Source: Octopus sinensis (Eukaryota). Taken from it: a stretch of DNA of 64,000 bases. The DNA is taken from NCBI RefSeq assembly GCF_006345805.1, contig NC_043012.1, forward strand, positions 7,564,001 through 7,628,000. The letters are read 5' to 3'. Position numbers and translations under genes: made by a program. Below the pieces are notes generated by a model. The model made no database searches, was not told where the DNA came from, and was given only the letters and a program-made list of their open reading frames with translations. Below are positions 12,810 through 25,127 of the stretch, piece by piece. Each line of letters opens with the position of its first letter. Position 1 is the stretch's first letter.

Positions 12810-13212
12810 AGGAGTGGCTGTGTGGTAAGTAGCTTGTTTACCAGCCACATGGTTCAGGGTTCAGTCCTACTGCGTGGCACTTTGGGCAAGTGTCTTCTGC
12901 TATAGCCTCGGGCCGACCAAATCCTTGTGAGTGGATTTGGTAGACGGAAACTGAAAGAAGCCCGTCGTATATATGTATATATATATATATGCGTGTGTGT
13001 GTTTGTGTGTCTGTGTTTGCCCCTCTAGCATTGCTTGACAACCAATGCTGGTGTGTTTATGTCCCCGTTACTTAGCAGTTCAGCAAAAGTGACCGATAGA
13101 ATAAGTACTGGGCTTACAAAAGAATAAGTCCCGGGGTCGAGTTGCTCGATTAAAGGCGTTGCTCCAGCATGGCCGCAGTCAAATGACTGAAACAAGTAAA
13201 AGAGTAAAGAGA
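12810..13212 (+). mobile_element. SINE family A
   Basis: Same head, body and tail as 10011-10410. Confidence 0.9.
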
Positions 13213-13745
13213 GAATCTTGGATTCAGAAATATATATATCTGATTGGATCTCCTGGGTCTCTCCATTCGGCATTCCAGAAATCCAAAGGAGTCAGGGGTC
13301 CCGTTAGCGGCCTGCGGAACTTGAAGCTGTTCCGAACCGAACCAAACTGTTTTAAATAATACATGTAACTCCTATTAAATGAGTTGTGTGCCCTTTTTTT
13401 TCGTTTGTCCAGTCACTTGCATATACATGTGTGAGTATGTGTGTGTGAGTTCGTCTGCGTGTGTGTGTGTATACGTGTGTGTGTGTGTGTGTGCTGTATA
13501 CTATATTTTCCGGTATACAAGTCGAATGTTTTAGACCAAACACTTATAGCCAAAAAGCAGGCAGGTCAAACTTATACACCAAGGTGACTTTGGAGGACCA
13601 AAAAATTCTTTGTAAAATGCTGTAGGATCTGGAAAAATGCTGACCATATATATTTGAATATTTATACTATATGTTTATACTACATGTTTACACTCTATAC
13701 TATGTCGACTTGTATGCTAGAAAATACGGTATTTATATGTATGTA

Positions 13746-13840
13746 TGTAGGTAGTAAGGTAGGTAGGTAGGTAGGTAGGTAGGTAGGTAGGTAGGTAGGT
13801 AGGTAGGTAGGTAGGTAGGTAGGTAGGTAGGTAGGTAGGT
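13746..13840. repeat. (TAGG)n microsatellite
   Basis: Read directly. Confidence 0.95.
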
Positions 13841-14173
13841 GTATGTGTATGTGTGTATATATGCATGTTTGTATACGTACATGTTAGAATGTAAATGTGT
13901 GCACGTATATGTATTTATGTATGTATATATATATATAAATATTTGTATGTATATATATATATGCAAATATGTATAAGCATATATATAAATATATGTATGT
14001 ATATATGTATATATATATATATATATATTAGAAGAAATGAGGTAATCAGAAGATCGGATGGTTTATATTTACAGATATTTATTTATATATTACATTTTTT
14101 ACATATATATCATATCACTTAGATCAGTAGCGCTTTCTCCCATTCTAGTGGGGTTTTCATATATATAATATAT

Positions 14174-14215
<42 letters not shown>

Positions 14216-14336
14216 TATATATACATACATGTATATACATATACATTTGTTTATGTATATGTGCGTGTGTATATAATGTCTGTGTGTGTTGTGCACACGT
14301 GTAATTTGTGAACGTGACTGTATAAATTTAAGTGTG

Positions 14337-14385
<49 letters not shown>

Positions 14386-14448
14386 CAGATTCAATCCTTT
14401 CACCACACACACACACACACACACAATACAAAGTCCACCTTCGCTCCA

Positions 14449-14488
<40 letters not shown>

Positions 14489-14596
14489 TCAATATAGGGT
14501 GGCAAAAAATTTCGTAGAATTTTTCTTAGAATTTTTTGCCACCAGCGGCCTAGTGTGAAAAAATTAAATAGTCAAAGACCATTTATAAAATCAAAC

Positions 14597-14768
14597 ATCA
14601 ACAATCAAGGAACGGCCATAATAGGCCATTCACCCACTAGAAATAACAGCCAAAGCTTCAACCGCAAAACAATATCAATTCCGGAATTGATATTGTTTTG
14701 CGGTTGAAGCTTTGGCTGTTATTTCTAGTGGGTGAATGGCCTATTATGGCCGTTCCTTGATTGTTGAT
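14597..14768. repeat. Perfect 172-bp palindrome (2 x 86 bp, no spacer)
   Basis: Arms checked base by base; centre ...AATTCC|GGAATT... between 14682 and 14683. Confidence 0.97.
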
Positions 14769-15077
14769 ATATATATATATATATATACACGAAAAGTGAA
14801 TAATGTCCAAAAGCCTGACTTCCCAAACCAGCCTGACAGCCTGTCTGCCTGCACGGCCTGTTCGATTGGATCGGCGGCTGCAGCAAAGCAAAGCTGTTTG
14901 AACAAGACTCAACAAGTATGGTCAGGCCAGTTCTACCGGTGCCGCACAATAACATCACCTTTTTATCGATTTCCGCCCACACACACACCTATCCATTTTT
15001 TTCCCTCTTTTTTCTGTTATTTATTTATTTACTTATTTTTCACAATGAATCAATTTAGGAACATTTAATTCGTTGTT

Positions 15078-15392
15078 TGTTGTTTATATATGTGTGTGTG
15101 CGTGCATGTGTGTATTTATGAATGTAGATGTGTATCTCTGTATGTGTGTGTGTGTGTCTCTGTATGAGTGTGTGTATGTACATGTATATATGTATGTGCG
15201 TATATGTTTATTTTCATGTATGTATGCATTTTTGAGCGCGCGTGTGTGTGTGTGTGTGTGTGTCTACGTATGTGTGTATCTATTAATATTTGTATGTGGG
15301 TAAGTTTCTATATGTGTATGTCTGTATTCATGTTTGTGCATGCATGTGTGTGTGTTTATGTGCGTGTGTATGCATGTATGTATGTATGTATG

Positions 15393-15426
<34 letters not shown>

Positions 15427-15694
15427 TGTATGTATGTATGTATGTGTGTATGTGTGTATGTGTGTGTATGTATGTGTATGTATGTGTGTATGTATGTATG
15501 TATGTATGTATGTGTGTATGTGTGTGTATGTATGTGTATGTATGTATGCATGTATGTATGTATGCATGTATGTATGTATGTATGTATGTATGTATGTATG
15601 TATGTATGCATGCATGTATGTATGTATGTGTATGTATGTATGCATGCATGTATGTATGTATGTATGCATGTATGTATGCATGCATGTATGTATG

Positions 15695-15725
<31 letters not shown>

Positions 15726-15868
15726 GTATGTATGTATGTATGCATGTATGTATGCATGCATGTATGATGTATGTATGTGTGCACGTAGTATGTAAGTATG
15801 TATGTAATATGTATTGTATGTATGTAGTAAGTATGTATGTTGTATGCATGTATGTATGCATGCATGTA

Positions 15869-15901
<33 letters not shown>

Positions 15902-16059
15902 GGTAGTTTATGTAAGTATGTTGATGTATGTATGGGTGTGCACGTATGTATGTACGTATGTATGTAAGTATGTATGTATGTATGTATGTAAGTATGTATG
16001 TATGTATGCATGTATGTATGCATGCATGTATGTATGTATGTATGTATTATGTATGTATG

Positions 16060-16090
<31 letters not shown>

Positions 16091-16187
16091 GTATGTATGT
16101 ATGTATGTGTGCACGTATGTATGTAAGTATGTATGTAAGTATGTATGTATGTATGCATGTATGTATGCATGCATGTATGTATGTATG

Positions 16188-16218
<31 letters not shown>

Positions 16219-16830
16219 GTATGTATGTATGTATGTGTGCACGTATGTATGTAAGTATGTATGTAAGTATGTATGTATGTATGTATGTAAGTATGTATGT
16301 ATGTATGCATGTATGTATGCATGCATGTATGTATGTATGTATGTATGTATGTATGTATGTGTGCACGTATGTATGTAAGTATGTATGTAAGTATGTATGT
16401 ATGTATGTATGTAAGTATGTATGTATGTATGCATGTATGTATGCATGCATGTATGTATGTATGTATGTATGTATGTATGTATGTATGTATGTACGTATGT
16501 ATATATGTATGTATGCATGTATGTATGTATGTACGTATGTATGTATGTATGTATGTGCGTGTGTATGTATGTATGTGTATGTATGTATGCATGCATGTAT
16601 GTATGTATGTATGTATGTATGTATGCATGTATGTATGTATGCATGTATAAATGTATGTATGTATGTGTATGTACGTATGTATGTATGTATGTGTGTATGT
16701 ATGTATTTATGTATGCATGTATGAATGTATGTATGCATGTATGTATGTATGTATGTATGCATAAATGTATGTATGTATGTGTATGTATGTATGTGCATAT
16801 GTATGAATTTATGTGTGCGTGTGTTGCATT
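15078..16830. repeat. About 1.7-kb (TGTA)n satellite with variant units
   Basis: Low-complexity sequence running into the assembly gap. Confidence 0.95.
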
Positions 16831-16930
16831 NNNNNNNNNNNNNNNNNNNNNNNNNNNNNNNNNNNNNNNNNNNNNNNNNNNNNNNNNNNNNNNNNNNNNN
16901 NNNNNNNNNNNNNNNNNNNNNNNNNNNNNN
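16831..16930. other. Assembly gap (100 N)
   Basis: Run of N. Confidence 1.
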
Positions 16931-17117
16931 TGACAACCGATGCTGGTGTGTTTACGTCCCCGTAACCTAGCGGTTCGGCAAAAAGAGACCGATCGAATAA
17001 GTACTGGGCTTACAAAGAATGAGTCCCGGGGTCGAGTTGCTCGACTAAAAGGCGGTGCTCCAGCATGGCCGCAGTCAAAATGACTGAAACAAGTAAAAGA
17101 AAGAAAAGAAAGAAAGA
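16931..17117 (+). mobile_element. SINE family A, 3' half (5' half lost in the gap)
   Basis: Matches the family A body and tail. Confidence 0.85.
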
Positions 17118-17246
17118 AATGTTCTTTAGTTCCAAGTCAGCCACGTACCTGTGCTAGCAGACCTATAATCAAAAGTATTCCACCCGTGGCCACCCCCATC
17201 CTTCCCTTACTCATTACATCGTTCTTATTTTCGATATATCATTGCT

Positions 17247-17661
17247 CTCTTTTTACTCTTTTTTACTTGTTTCAGTCATTTGACTGCGGCCATGCTGGAG
17301 CACCGCTTTTAGTCGAGCAAATCGACCCCGAGACTTATTCTTTTGTAAGCCCAGTACTTATTCCATTGGGTCTCTTTTGCCGAACCGCTAAGTGACGGGG
17401 ACGTAAACACACCAGCATCGGTTGTCAAGTAATGCTAGGGGTACAAACACAGACACACAAACACATACACATACAAACATACATATACATATATATACAT
17501 ATATACGACAGGCTTCTTTCAGTTTCCGTCTACCAAATCCACTCACAAGGCTTTGGTCGGCCCGAGGCTATAGCAGAAGACATTCGCCCAAGATGCCACG
17601 CAGTGGGACTGAACCCAGAACCATGTGGTTGGTTAGCAAGCTACTTACCACACAGCCACTC
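17247..17661 (-). mobile_element. SINE family A
   Basis: Reverse complement of the family A consensus. Confidence 0.9.
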
Positions 17662-17991
17662 TTTTTTTTTTTCCTTTTTTAATGTTATCATTCCCATTTT
17701 ATTCAATATATAATGTCTTTCCTATTTCCTTCCTACTTTAAAAACGATATGTGATGAAAGAGATTTTGTAGCTATTTCTAGCAGGGTGAATACCCACGTA
17801 TGTATACACTTCTGATGATTCGCAAAGATAAGGGAGTCGATTACATCGACCCAAGTCTATGAATGATTTTCTATCGACGCCTGAAAGATGAACGAAAGGG
17901 GAACCACGGTAAGATTCGAACACAAGCAATGCTAGAGGGACAAACACAGACACACAAGCATACATACACACACATATATATATATACATGT

Positions 17992-18373
17992 GGAGGCGCA
18001 ATGGCCCAGTGGTTAGGGCAGCGGACTCGCGGTCGTAGGATCGCGGTTTCAATTCCCAGACCGGGCGTTGTGAGTGTTTATTGAGCGAAAACACCTAAAA
18101 GCTCCACGAGGCTCCGGCAGGGGGGGGGGCGACCCCTGTTGTACTCTTTCACCACAACTTTCTCTCACTCTTTCTTCCTGTTTCTGTTGTACCTGTATTT
18201 CAAAGGGCCGGCCTTGTCACTCTCTGTGTCACGCTGAATATCCCCGAGAACTACGTTAAGGGTACACGTGTCTGTGGAATGCTCAGCCATTTGCACGTTA
18301 ATTTCACGAGCAGGCTGTTCCGTTGATCGGATCAACCGGAACCCTCGTCGTCGTAACCGACGGAGTGCTTCCA
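17992..18373 (+). mobile_element. SINE family B, tail variant 2, nested in the central microsatellite of a minus-strand family A copy (about 17925-18535)
   Basis: tRNA-like head and tail ...AACCGACGGAGTGCTTCCA, flanked by ATATATACAT on both sides. Family A halves continue on either side. Confidence 0.85.
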
Positions 18374-18569
18374 ATATATATACATATATACGACGGGCTT
18401 CTTTCAGTTTCCCTCTACCAAATCCACTCACAAGGCTTTGGTCGGCCCGAGGCTATAATGGAAGATTCCAACGCAGTGGGACTGAACCCTGAACCATGTG
18501 GCTGGTAAGCAAACTACTTACCACACAGCCACTCCTACACCCAAGATACACTTACAACTATAATACCTA

Positions 18570-19539
18570 TTTCTTTATTACCCACAAGGGGCTAAACACA
18601 GAGGGAACAAACAAGGACAGACATAGGTATTAAGTCGATTACATCGACCCCAGTGCGTAACTGGTACTTAATTTATCGACCACGAAAGGATGAAAGGCAA
18701 AGTCGACCTCGGCGAAATTTGAACTCACAACGTAACGCAGACGAAATACCTATTTCTTTATTACCCACAACGGGCTTAAACACAGAGGGGACAAACAAGG
18801 ACAGACATAGGTATTAAGTTGATTACATCGACCCCAGTGCGTAACTGGTACTTAATTTATCGACCCCGAAAGGATGAAAGGCAAAGTCGACCTCGGCGAA
18901 ATTTGAACTCAGAACGTAACGCAGACGAAATACCTATTTCTTTATTACCCACAAGGGGCTTAAACACAGAGGGGACAAACAAGGACAGACATAGGTATTA
19001 AGTCGATTACATCGACCCCAGTGCGTAACTGGTACTTAATTTATCGACCCCGAAAGGATGAAAGACAAAGTCGACCTCGGCGAAATTTGAACTCACAACG
19101 TAACGCAGACGAAATACCTATTTCTTTATTACCCACAAGGGGCTTAAACACAGAGGGGACAAACAAGGACAGATATAGGTATTAAGTCGATTACATCGAC
19201 CCCAGTGCGTAACTGGTACTTAATTTATCGACCCCGAAAGGATGAAAGGCAAAGTCGACCTCGGCGAAATTTGAACTCACAACGTAACGCAGACGAAATA
19301 CCTATTTCTTTATTACCCACAAGGGGCTTAAACACAGAGGGGACAAACAAGGACAGATATAGGTATTAAGTCGATTACATCGACCCCAGTGCGTAACTGG
19401 TACTTAATTTATCGACCCCGAAAGGATGAAAGGCAAAGTCGACCTCGGCGAAATTTGAACTCACAACGTAACGGCAGACGAAATACCGCTAATCATTTCG
19501 CCCGGCGTTCTAACGATTCTGCCAGCTCGCCGCCTTTTA
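18570..19539 (-). mobile_element. SINE family C with its 3' 184 bp tandemly repeated five times
   Basis: One head (GGCGGCGAGCTGGCAGAATCGTTAG), with units starting at 18566, 18749, 18933, 19117 and 19301. A 17-bp TSD TACAACTATAATACCTA lies at 18553-18569 and 19540-19556. Confidence 0.92.
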
Positions 19540-19974
19540 TACAACTATAATACCTAATACTGGAGAAGCTGGGTTATTTGGGAGAGAATGCAACCCCTTA
19601 ATTCATATATTACAAATGATCCCGATATCTGGGAGAATGAAAATCCGCAGGACTATCTTGAGATTTAAACGATGATGAGAGCATGGCCACATCTCTCGAT
19701 CTGAAACTAGTAAAAGGATAAAAAAAAAAGATGCTTGCCTTCACAATCTTGCTACCAAACAGATGACTGGTCAAAATTAACTCCAAAGTAAAATTAGAAA
19801 AAGAAAACATACATGAGGTACTGGAGATAAATAAATTTAAAAAACATTTTGAAACATTTTCTGACGAGATATTTCTATTTTCTTTCGATGCTACAGCGTC
19901 CAATATGTGCGTAAGTGTGTGTGTGTGTGTGTGCGTGTGTGTGTGTGTGTGTGTGTGGTGTGTGTGTGTGTGTG

Positions 19975-20033
<59 letters not shown>

Positions 20034-20250
20034 ACGTAACCCTGTATGAACGACTGAAATGGTGCCTATAACTGATGAAACATAACCACTCAGAAACATG
20101 TCTTGCGGTCATCCAGAGCCCAGAGCCCAGCTTGATGTGTTTTACACACAGGGACACTAAAAAGAATTTCTTCTCCGAAACAATTACTGCAGCAAACGTC
20201 TTCTTACGTTTGAAGGTACATATAAGCGTAAAGTTTTATTTTTTATCCAC

Positions 20251-20430
20251 AGGAGTGGCCGTGTGGTAAGTAGCTTGCTTACCAACCACACGGTTCCGGG
20301 TTCAGTCCCCCTGCGTGGCACCTTGGGCAAGTGTCTTCTACAATAGCCTCGGGCCGACCAAAGCCTTGTGAGTGGATTTGGTAGATGGAAACTGAAAGAA
20401 GCCCGTCGAATATATGTATGTATATATATA

Positions 20431-20471
<41 letters not shown>

Positions 20472-20680
20472 TTGTGTGTCAGTGTTTGTTCCCCCAACAT
20501 CGCTTGACAACCGATGCTGGTGTGTTTACGTCCCCGTAACTTAGCGGTTCGGCAAAAGTGACCGATACAATAAGTACTAGGCTTACAAATAATAAGTCCT
20601 GGGGTCGATTTGCTCGACTAAAGGCGGTGCTCCAGCATAGCCGCAGTCAAATGACTGAAACAAGTAAAAAAGTAAAAGAG
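20251..20680 (+). mobile_element. SINE family A
   Basis: Matches consensus. Confidence 0.9.
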
Positions 20681-20687
20681 AGAGAGG

Positions 20688-20725
<38 letters not shown>

Positions 20726-20729
20726 GAGT

Positions 20730-21600
20730 ACCGCCACTATTCGGCCTTTTGCTGCGTCTTTGGACCGCACGTATTTTGTTTTATTGCAGCTTATTTTGAG
20801 GCCCACTGCTGAACCCTGAGTGTCAGCATGGTTTGTCGCTGTTTTGAAGTTTCTGTGATGACCAAGATGTCTGCGAACAGGCGGTGTATTAGTAGCTCAC
20901 TGTTGTTGCTGACGCCACCTTCTAATTAATGTCTTCGTTAATCGTTTCGTGACAAGTGGCGAAGAACTTTGGTGAGATCGTATCTCCTTGTTTGACGCTC
21001 TTCCCGAGTCAATTATTGTGTCTGGATCTATGTACTGTGAGTTCAGCTATATCAGAAGCACATCCCGAGTTCACCTCCTCGAGTAATTTTATGTATTGTA
21101 CCTCGACTCCTTGTATTTCCAGAGACTTCAGTAGTGTATTCACTTCTACTCTATCGAATACTTTGACATAATCTGTGAAGGCGAAGAGACGGCTTCTCTT
21201 CGCGTTCGCTTGTTCTTAGTAGTTGCGTCAAAGTGAATATACAGTTCATCGTGCTGTCTCTGAAAACCGATTTGTTTCCTTGGTCATTTGTCGTAGCTGG
21301 TCGCTACGAGCCACAGGGTCATGTAAAAATCTATGTTCGAAATATAACTGAAGGAGCATACCCGAAATGAGGTGACTCGAAAACCTAATGGAGTGAACGA
21401 TATGGTCGTAGAATACTGTAAGCGCAAGTTCCGCTGAGCTGGACATGTCGCAAGGCGTACAAACAACAGGTAAGGTCATGCATAGTTTCCAGAGATTGGA
21501 GGAGACCACACGGAAGATCTCTAACACGATGGGGAAATGACAATCAAATAGTTCAAGTCCAAATAAAAGAGAATGGCGTAATCAAAAGAAAAATGCAAGT
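20730..21600 (-). pseudogene. Degraded RTE-clade LINE reverse-transcriptase fragment
   Basis: Minus-strand translation gives FTDYVKVFDRVE, SVKQGDTISPKFF, RLFADILVI (decayed FADD) and GLKISCNKTKY, with stops and frameshifts. Confidence 0.8.
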
Positions 21601-21947
21601 GCAATTTGACCAGCGATGTTTAAGGATAGCTGATAGACTAGTCAACAGAGTGAGTGATGTCATGTATAGGGCACGCAATAATACTTAGTCTGGCTTCCGG
21701 CTCAAGTTTATAAGAAACAAGGAAAGTATTTTTTAATTTAGAAATATTCTATGAAATATAAATTTCTTTACCATTTCAAATATGCTTCACTGTAATCTAT
21801 CGCGGAGACAATATGGAGACAGTGAATGGCTTTCTTACGGGTTCGAATATGCCTTAATCTTATTTGAGCTTATAACAAATTTGTATTTATACACATCACT
21901 GCTTAGCACCGGCACCCAGTTTCTTGTAAACTATATCTCGTCTGAGT

Positions 21948-22230
21948 GGAGGCACATGGCCTAGTGGTTAGAGCAGCGGACTTGCGGTCGAGGGATCGCG
22001 GGTTCGAATCTCAGACCGGGCGATGTGTGTGTTTATGAGCGAAACACCTAAGCTCCACGCGGCTCCGGCAGAAGGTAATGGCGAACTTCTGCTGACTCTT
22101 TCGCCACAACTTTCTCTCACTCTTTCCTCCTGCATCTTGCAGCTCACCTGCGACGGACTGGCGTCCCGTCCAGGTGGGCAACCTATACGCCAAGGAAACC
22201 AGGAAAACCATGGCTCGAGAAGGAACAAAC
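21948..22230 (+). mobile_element. SINE family B, tail variant 3
   Basis: Same head, with a 3' module containing CCTGCGACGGACTGGCGTCCCGTCCAGG. Confidence 0.75.
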
Positions 22231-22650
22231 AACAAAACATATATCGTTTGCATGCGTTCAGAGTCTGAACTTGACACGAGTAATGACTATCGCCTGTTCC
22301 GATTAAGCAAATCAATGCAACTTAGAGAATGTTCTTTTATCTCAACCATTGAAAAGATTTATGAATTTATATACTGAAAGATGGACCTATTTTCCCAACA
22401 AGTCGAGCTAGACGGCAATTTCAATCTACAATACGAATCAATTTAATCGAACTTCTCTACGAGCTCCACTATGTCCAATGTGTCTTTCATTTTTAAGCCT
22501 ATAGTTTGGAAATTTAGCTGCTATTTCCAACATGTTACGCTACCCACATAAGGGCTTTCTTGTTCAGGAAGGCACACTATTTCTACCTTTATTCTTATCA
22601 GCGAAAATAAATCACTGTCTAATGTAACATTATTAATCTTTTGTCTGTTT

Positions 22651-22990
22651 TCTTTTACTTGTTTCAGTCATTAGTAAGGCCATGCTGGGGCACCACCTTG
22701 AAGAATTATTAGTCAAATGTATCAACTCCAGCACTATTTTTTGAGCCTGGTATTTATTCTATCAGACTCTTTTGCCGAACTGCGAAGTTGCAGGAACATA
22801 AACACACCAATACCTTGTTATCAAGCGGTGGCGAAGGACAAGACAAACACACACACACACACACACACACACATAGTATATGATGCGTTTCTTTCAGTTT
22901 CCGTCAATCAAATCTACTCATAAGGCTTTGGTCGGCTCGAGACTATAGTAGAAGGCACTTGCCCCAGGTGCCACGCAGTGGGACTGAACT
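22651..22990 (-). mobile_element. Diverged SINE family A
   Basis: Recognisable tail, body and partial head. Confidence 0.7.
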
Positions 22991-23324
22991 CGGAATGTCT
23001 TTTTTTCTTCTTCTTTCGGTTGTTTATCCAGATGTAAGAGCAGTGCCCGTGACACCCCGTAACAGGGTCTCCAGGACATGTGGAAAAAAGGGTCGGTTTG
23101 AAGAAGGTATCTTCAAGCCGGAAGCCTGTCCCTTGAACGTTTGAACCCAGAACATTAAAAACCAGAGCAAATACCACAAAGCACTCAGTTCCACCAATTT
23201 TTCACCCTGGATTGATAATATTTTATCGATCATGAGAGGGTGAAAGGTAAAGTTGAACTCAGTGGGATTTGAATCCAAGACTGCAGCTAGAACAAATACC
23301 TCGAGGTATTCTAACGGTTCTAAA

Positions 23325-23554
23325 GGCGGCGAGCTGGCAGAAACGTTAGCACACCGGGCGAAATGCGTAGCCGTATTTTGTCTGCCGTTACGTTCTGAGT
23401 TCAAATTCCGCCGAGGTCGACTTTGCCTTTCATCCTTTCGGGGTCGATAAATTAAGTACCAGTTACGCACTGGGGTCGATGTAATCGACTTAATCTGTTT
23501 GTCTGTCCTTGTTTATCCCCTCTGTGTTTAGCCCCTTGTGAATAGTAAAGAAAT
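23325..23554 (+). mobile_element. SINE family C, single-unit full-length copy
   Basis: A/B-box head plus central GTCGACTTTGCCTTTCATCCTTTCGGGGTCGATAAATTAAGTACCAG. Confidence 0.88.
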
Positions 23555-23724
23555 ATATACTAAAGAAGAGAGAAAAGGAGAAATAGCATAATGTCGCTTC
23601 TCCACAAACAAAGCGAAATAACATCAACTCAGTATTGAAACCTTGTGGTGGTCTCGTCTTACCGGGAGCCTCCTTCGTGTATAAATATTTTTACTATTCT
23701 GCTAATCCAATATTCTGTATTGGT

Positions 23725-24104
23725 ACTCTTTTACTTGTTTCAGTCATTTGACTGCGGCCATGCTGGAGCACCGCCTTTTAGTCAAGCAAATCGACCCCAG
23801 GACTTATTCTTTGTAAGCCTAGTACTTATTCTATCGGTCACTTTTGCCGAACCGCTAAGTGACGGGGACATAAACACACCAGCATTGGTTGTCAAGCAAT
23901 GCTAGGGGGACAAACACAGACACACACACATATATATACATATATTCGACGGGCTTCTTTCAGTTTCCGTCTACCAAATCCACTCACAAGGCTTTGGTCG
24001 GCCCGAGGCTATAGTAGAAGATACTTGCCCAAGGTGCCACGCAGTGGGACTGAACCCGGAACCGTGTGGTTGGTAAGCAAGCTACTTACCACACAGCCAC
24101 TCCT
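23725..24104 (-). mobile_element. SINE family A
   Basis: Matches consensus. Confidence 0.9.
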
Positions 24105-24506
24105 GTGCCTATGTACCTTTTTTTTTTTCGATCCCGTATGAATGAAAGGCGAAGTTGACCTCGGTGTACAGAGGGATGGACTGAATACAGCGTTGCAGTC
24201 TATCCGATGCTGTAACAACTCTACCAATTTGCCGTTATGTAATTAAAGTAGGTAATGAATTGAGCGTTCGTTTTTCCATGATAGGATGGATTCGACGAAA
24301 ATATATTTGAGGCATGGTTTTTACAGTCGGATGCTTTTCCTACAGCTAACTCTTATATTTCCTTTTCTTTTCTTTTTTTTTTTTTTTTGTTAGGGCATCT
24401 TTTATTTCTCATGTCTTTAAAGGTGTGAAGTGAGTGGGCGATTTGTTGACAGGGGAAATGAAAACCACGCTCGCATCTTAAACCACAAATAAATAGACAC
24501 GCATAT

Positions 24507-24812
24507 TTTTTTTTTATTTATTTATCTAGTTTCAGCTCACTAGCTGTGGCCATGCTGGGGCACCGCCATTTGGTGTTGCTACATGATTTTACTTCACGAA
24601 TGCTTTTTAGCAATTGCCATTTGGTGCATGAGAGAGTTCGATGCAGCTACCCTCATCTGCACCTCCTGCCGTGAAGTTGGTTCATCCGGGACACCTGACA
24701 AGAAGAGATCCAGTTTCATTTTAAAGACATCTGCATCCACCCCATGCAGGTCTCTTAGGTTCTTCGGGAGGATATTGAAGAGCTGTGGGCCTCGGAAGCC
24801 CAGGCTATCAGG
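24507..24812 (-). mobile_element. 5'-truncated LINE 3' end (CR1/L2/Jockey-group-like ORF2 C-terminus plus 3' UTR)
   Basis: Translates as SLGFRGPQLFNILPKNLRDLHGVDADVFKMKLDLFLSGVPDEP...SNSLMHQM...*, followed by GGCGGTGCCCCAGCATGGCCACAGC..TGAAAC and an A-rich tail. The clade assignment is from recall only. Confidence 0.75.
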
Positions 24813-24816
24813 CTAT

Positions 24817-24856
<40 letters not shown>

Positions 24857-25042
24857 ACACAAAGATGGAGGATAACAGGGTTTAATAGTATCTCACAACA
24901 TTTGTTTCTGCACCGTGCACCAGATTTAAATTGCTGAGATTATATTCAAAGAACATTGTAGAAGAAAATACTTTATAACTATTATACACTTGAATGCAGC
25001 TCAGCAATAGCCGCGTGTGGGCACTTCATCAGGACGTGTGTA

Positions 25043-25117
<75 letters not shown>

Positions 25118-25127
25118 TATATATATA

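Noticed and set aside
17992-18070. tRNA-like sequences at SINE heads as tRNA genes
   Set aside because: They have A/B boxes but no complete cloverleaf, and continue into SINE body and tail.
18566-19480. Regularly spaced repeats as a possible CRISPR array (also 8421-8494 and 58880-59600)
   Set aside because: The units are contiguous tandem copies with no unique spacers, the context is eukaryotic, and there are no cas genes.
19891-20157. GSGLWMTARHV resembling the serine-protease LTAAHC motif
   Set aside because: Only a loose match, with no Asp or GDSGG motifs nearby, and the frame runs into a microsatellite.
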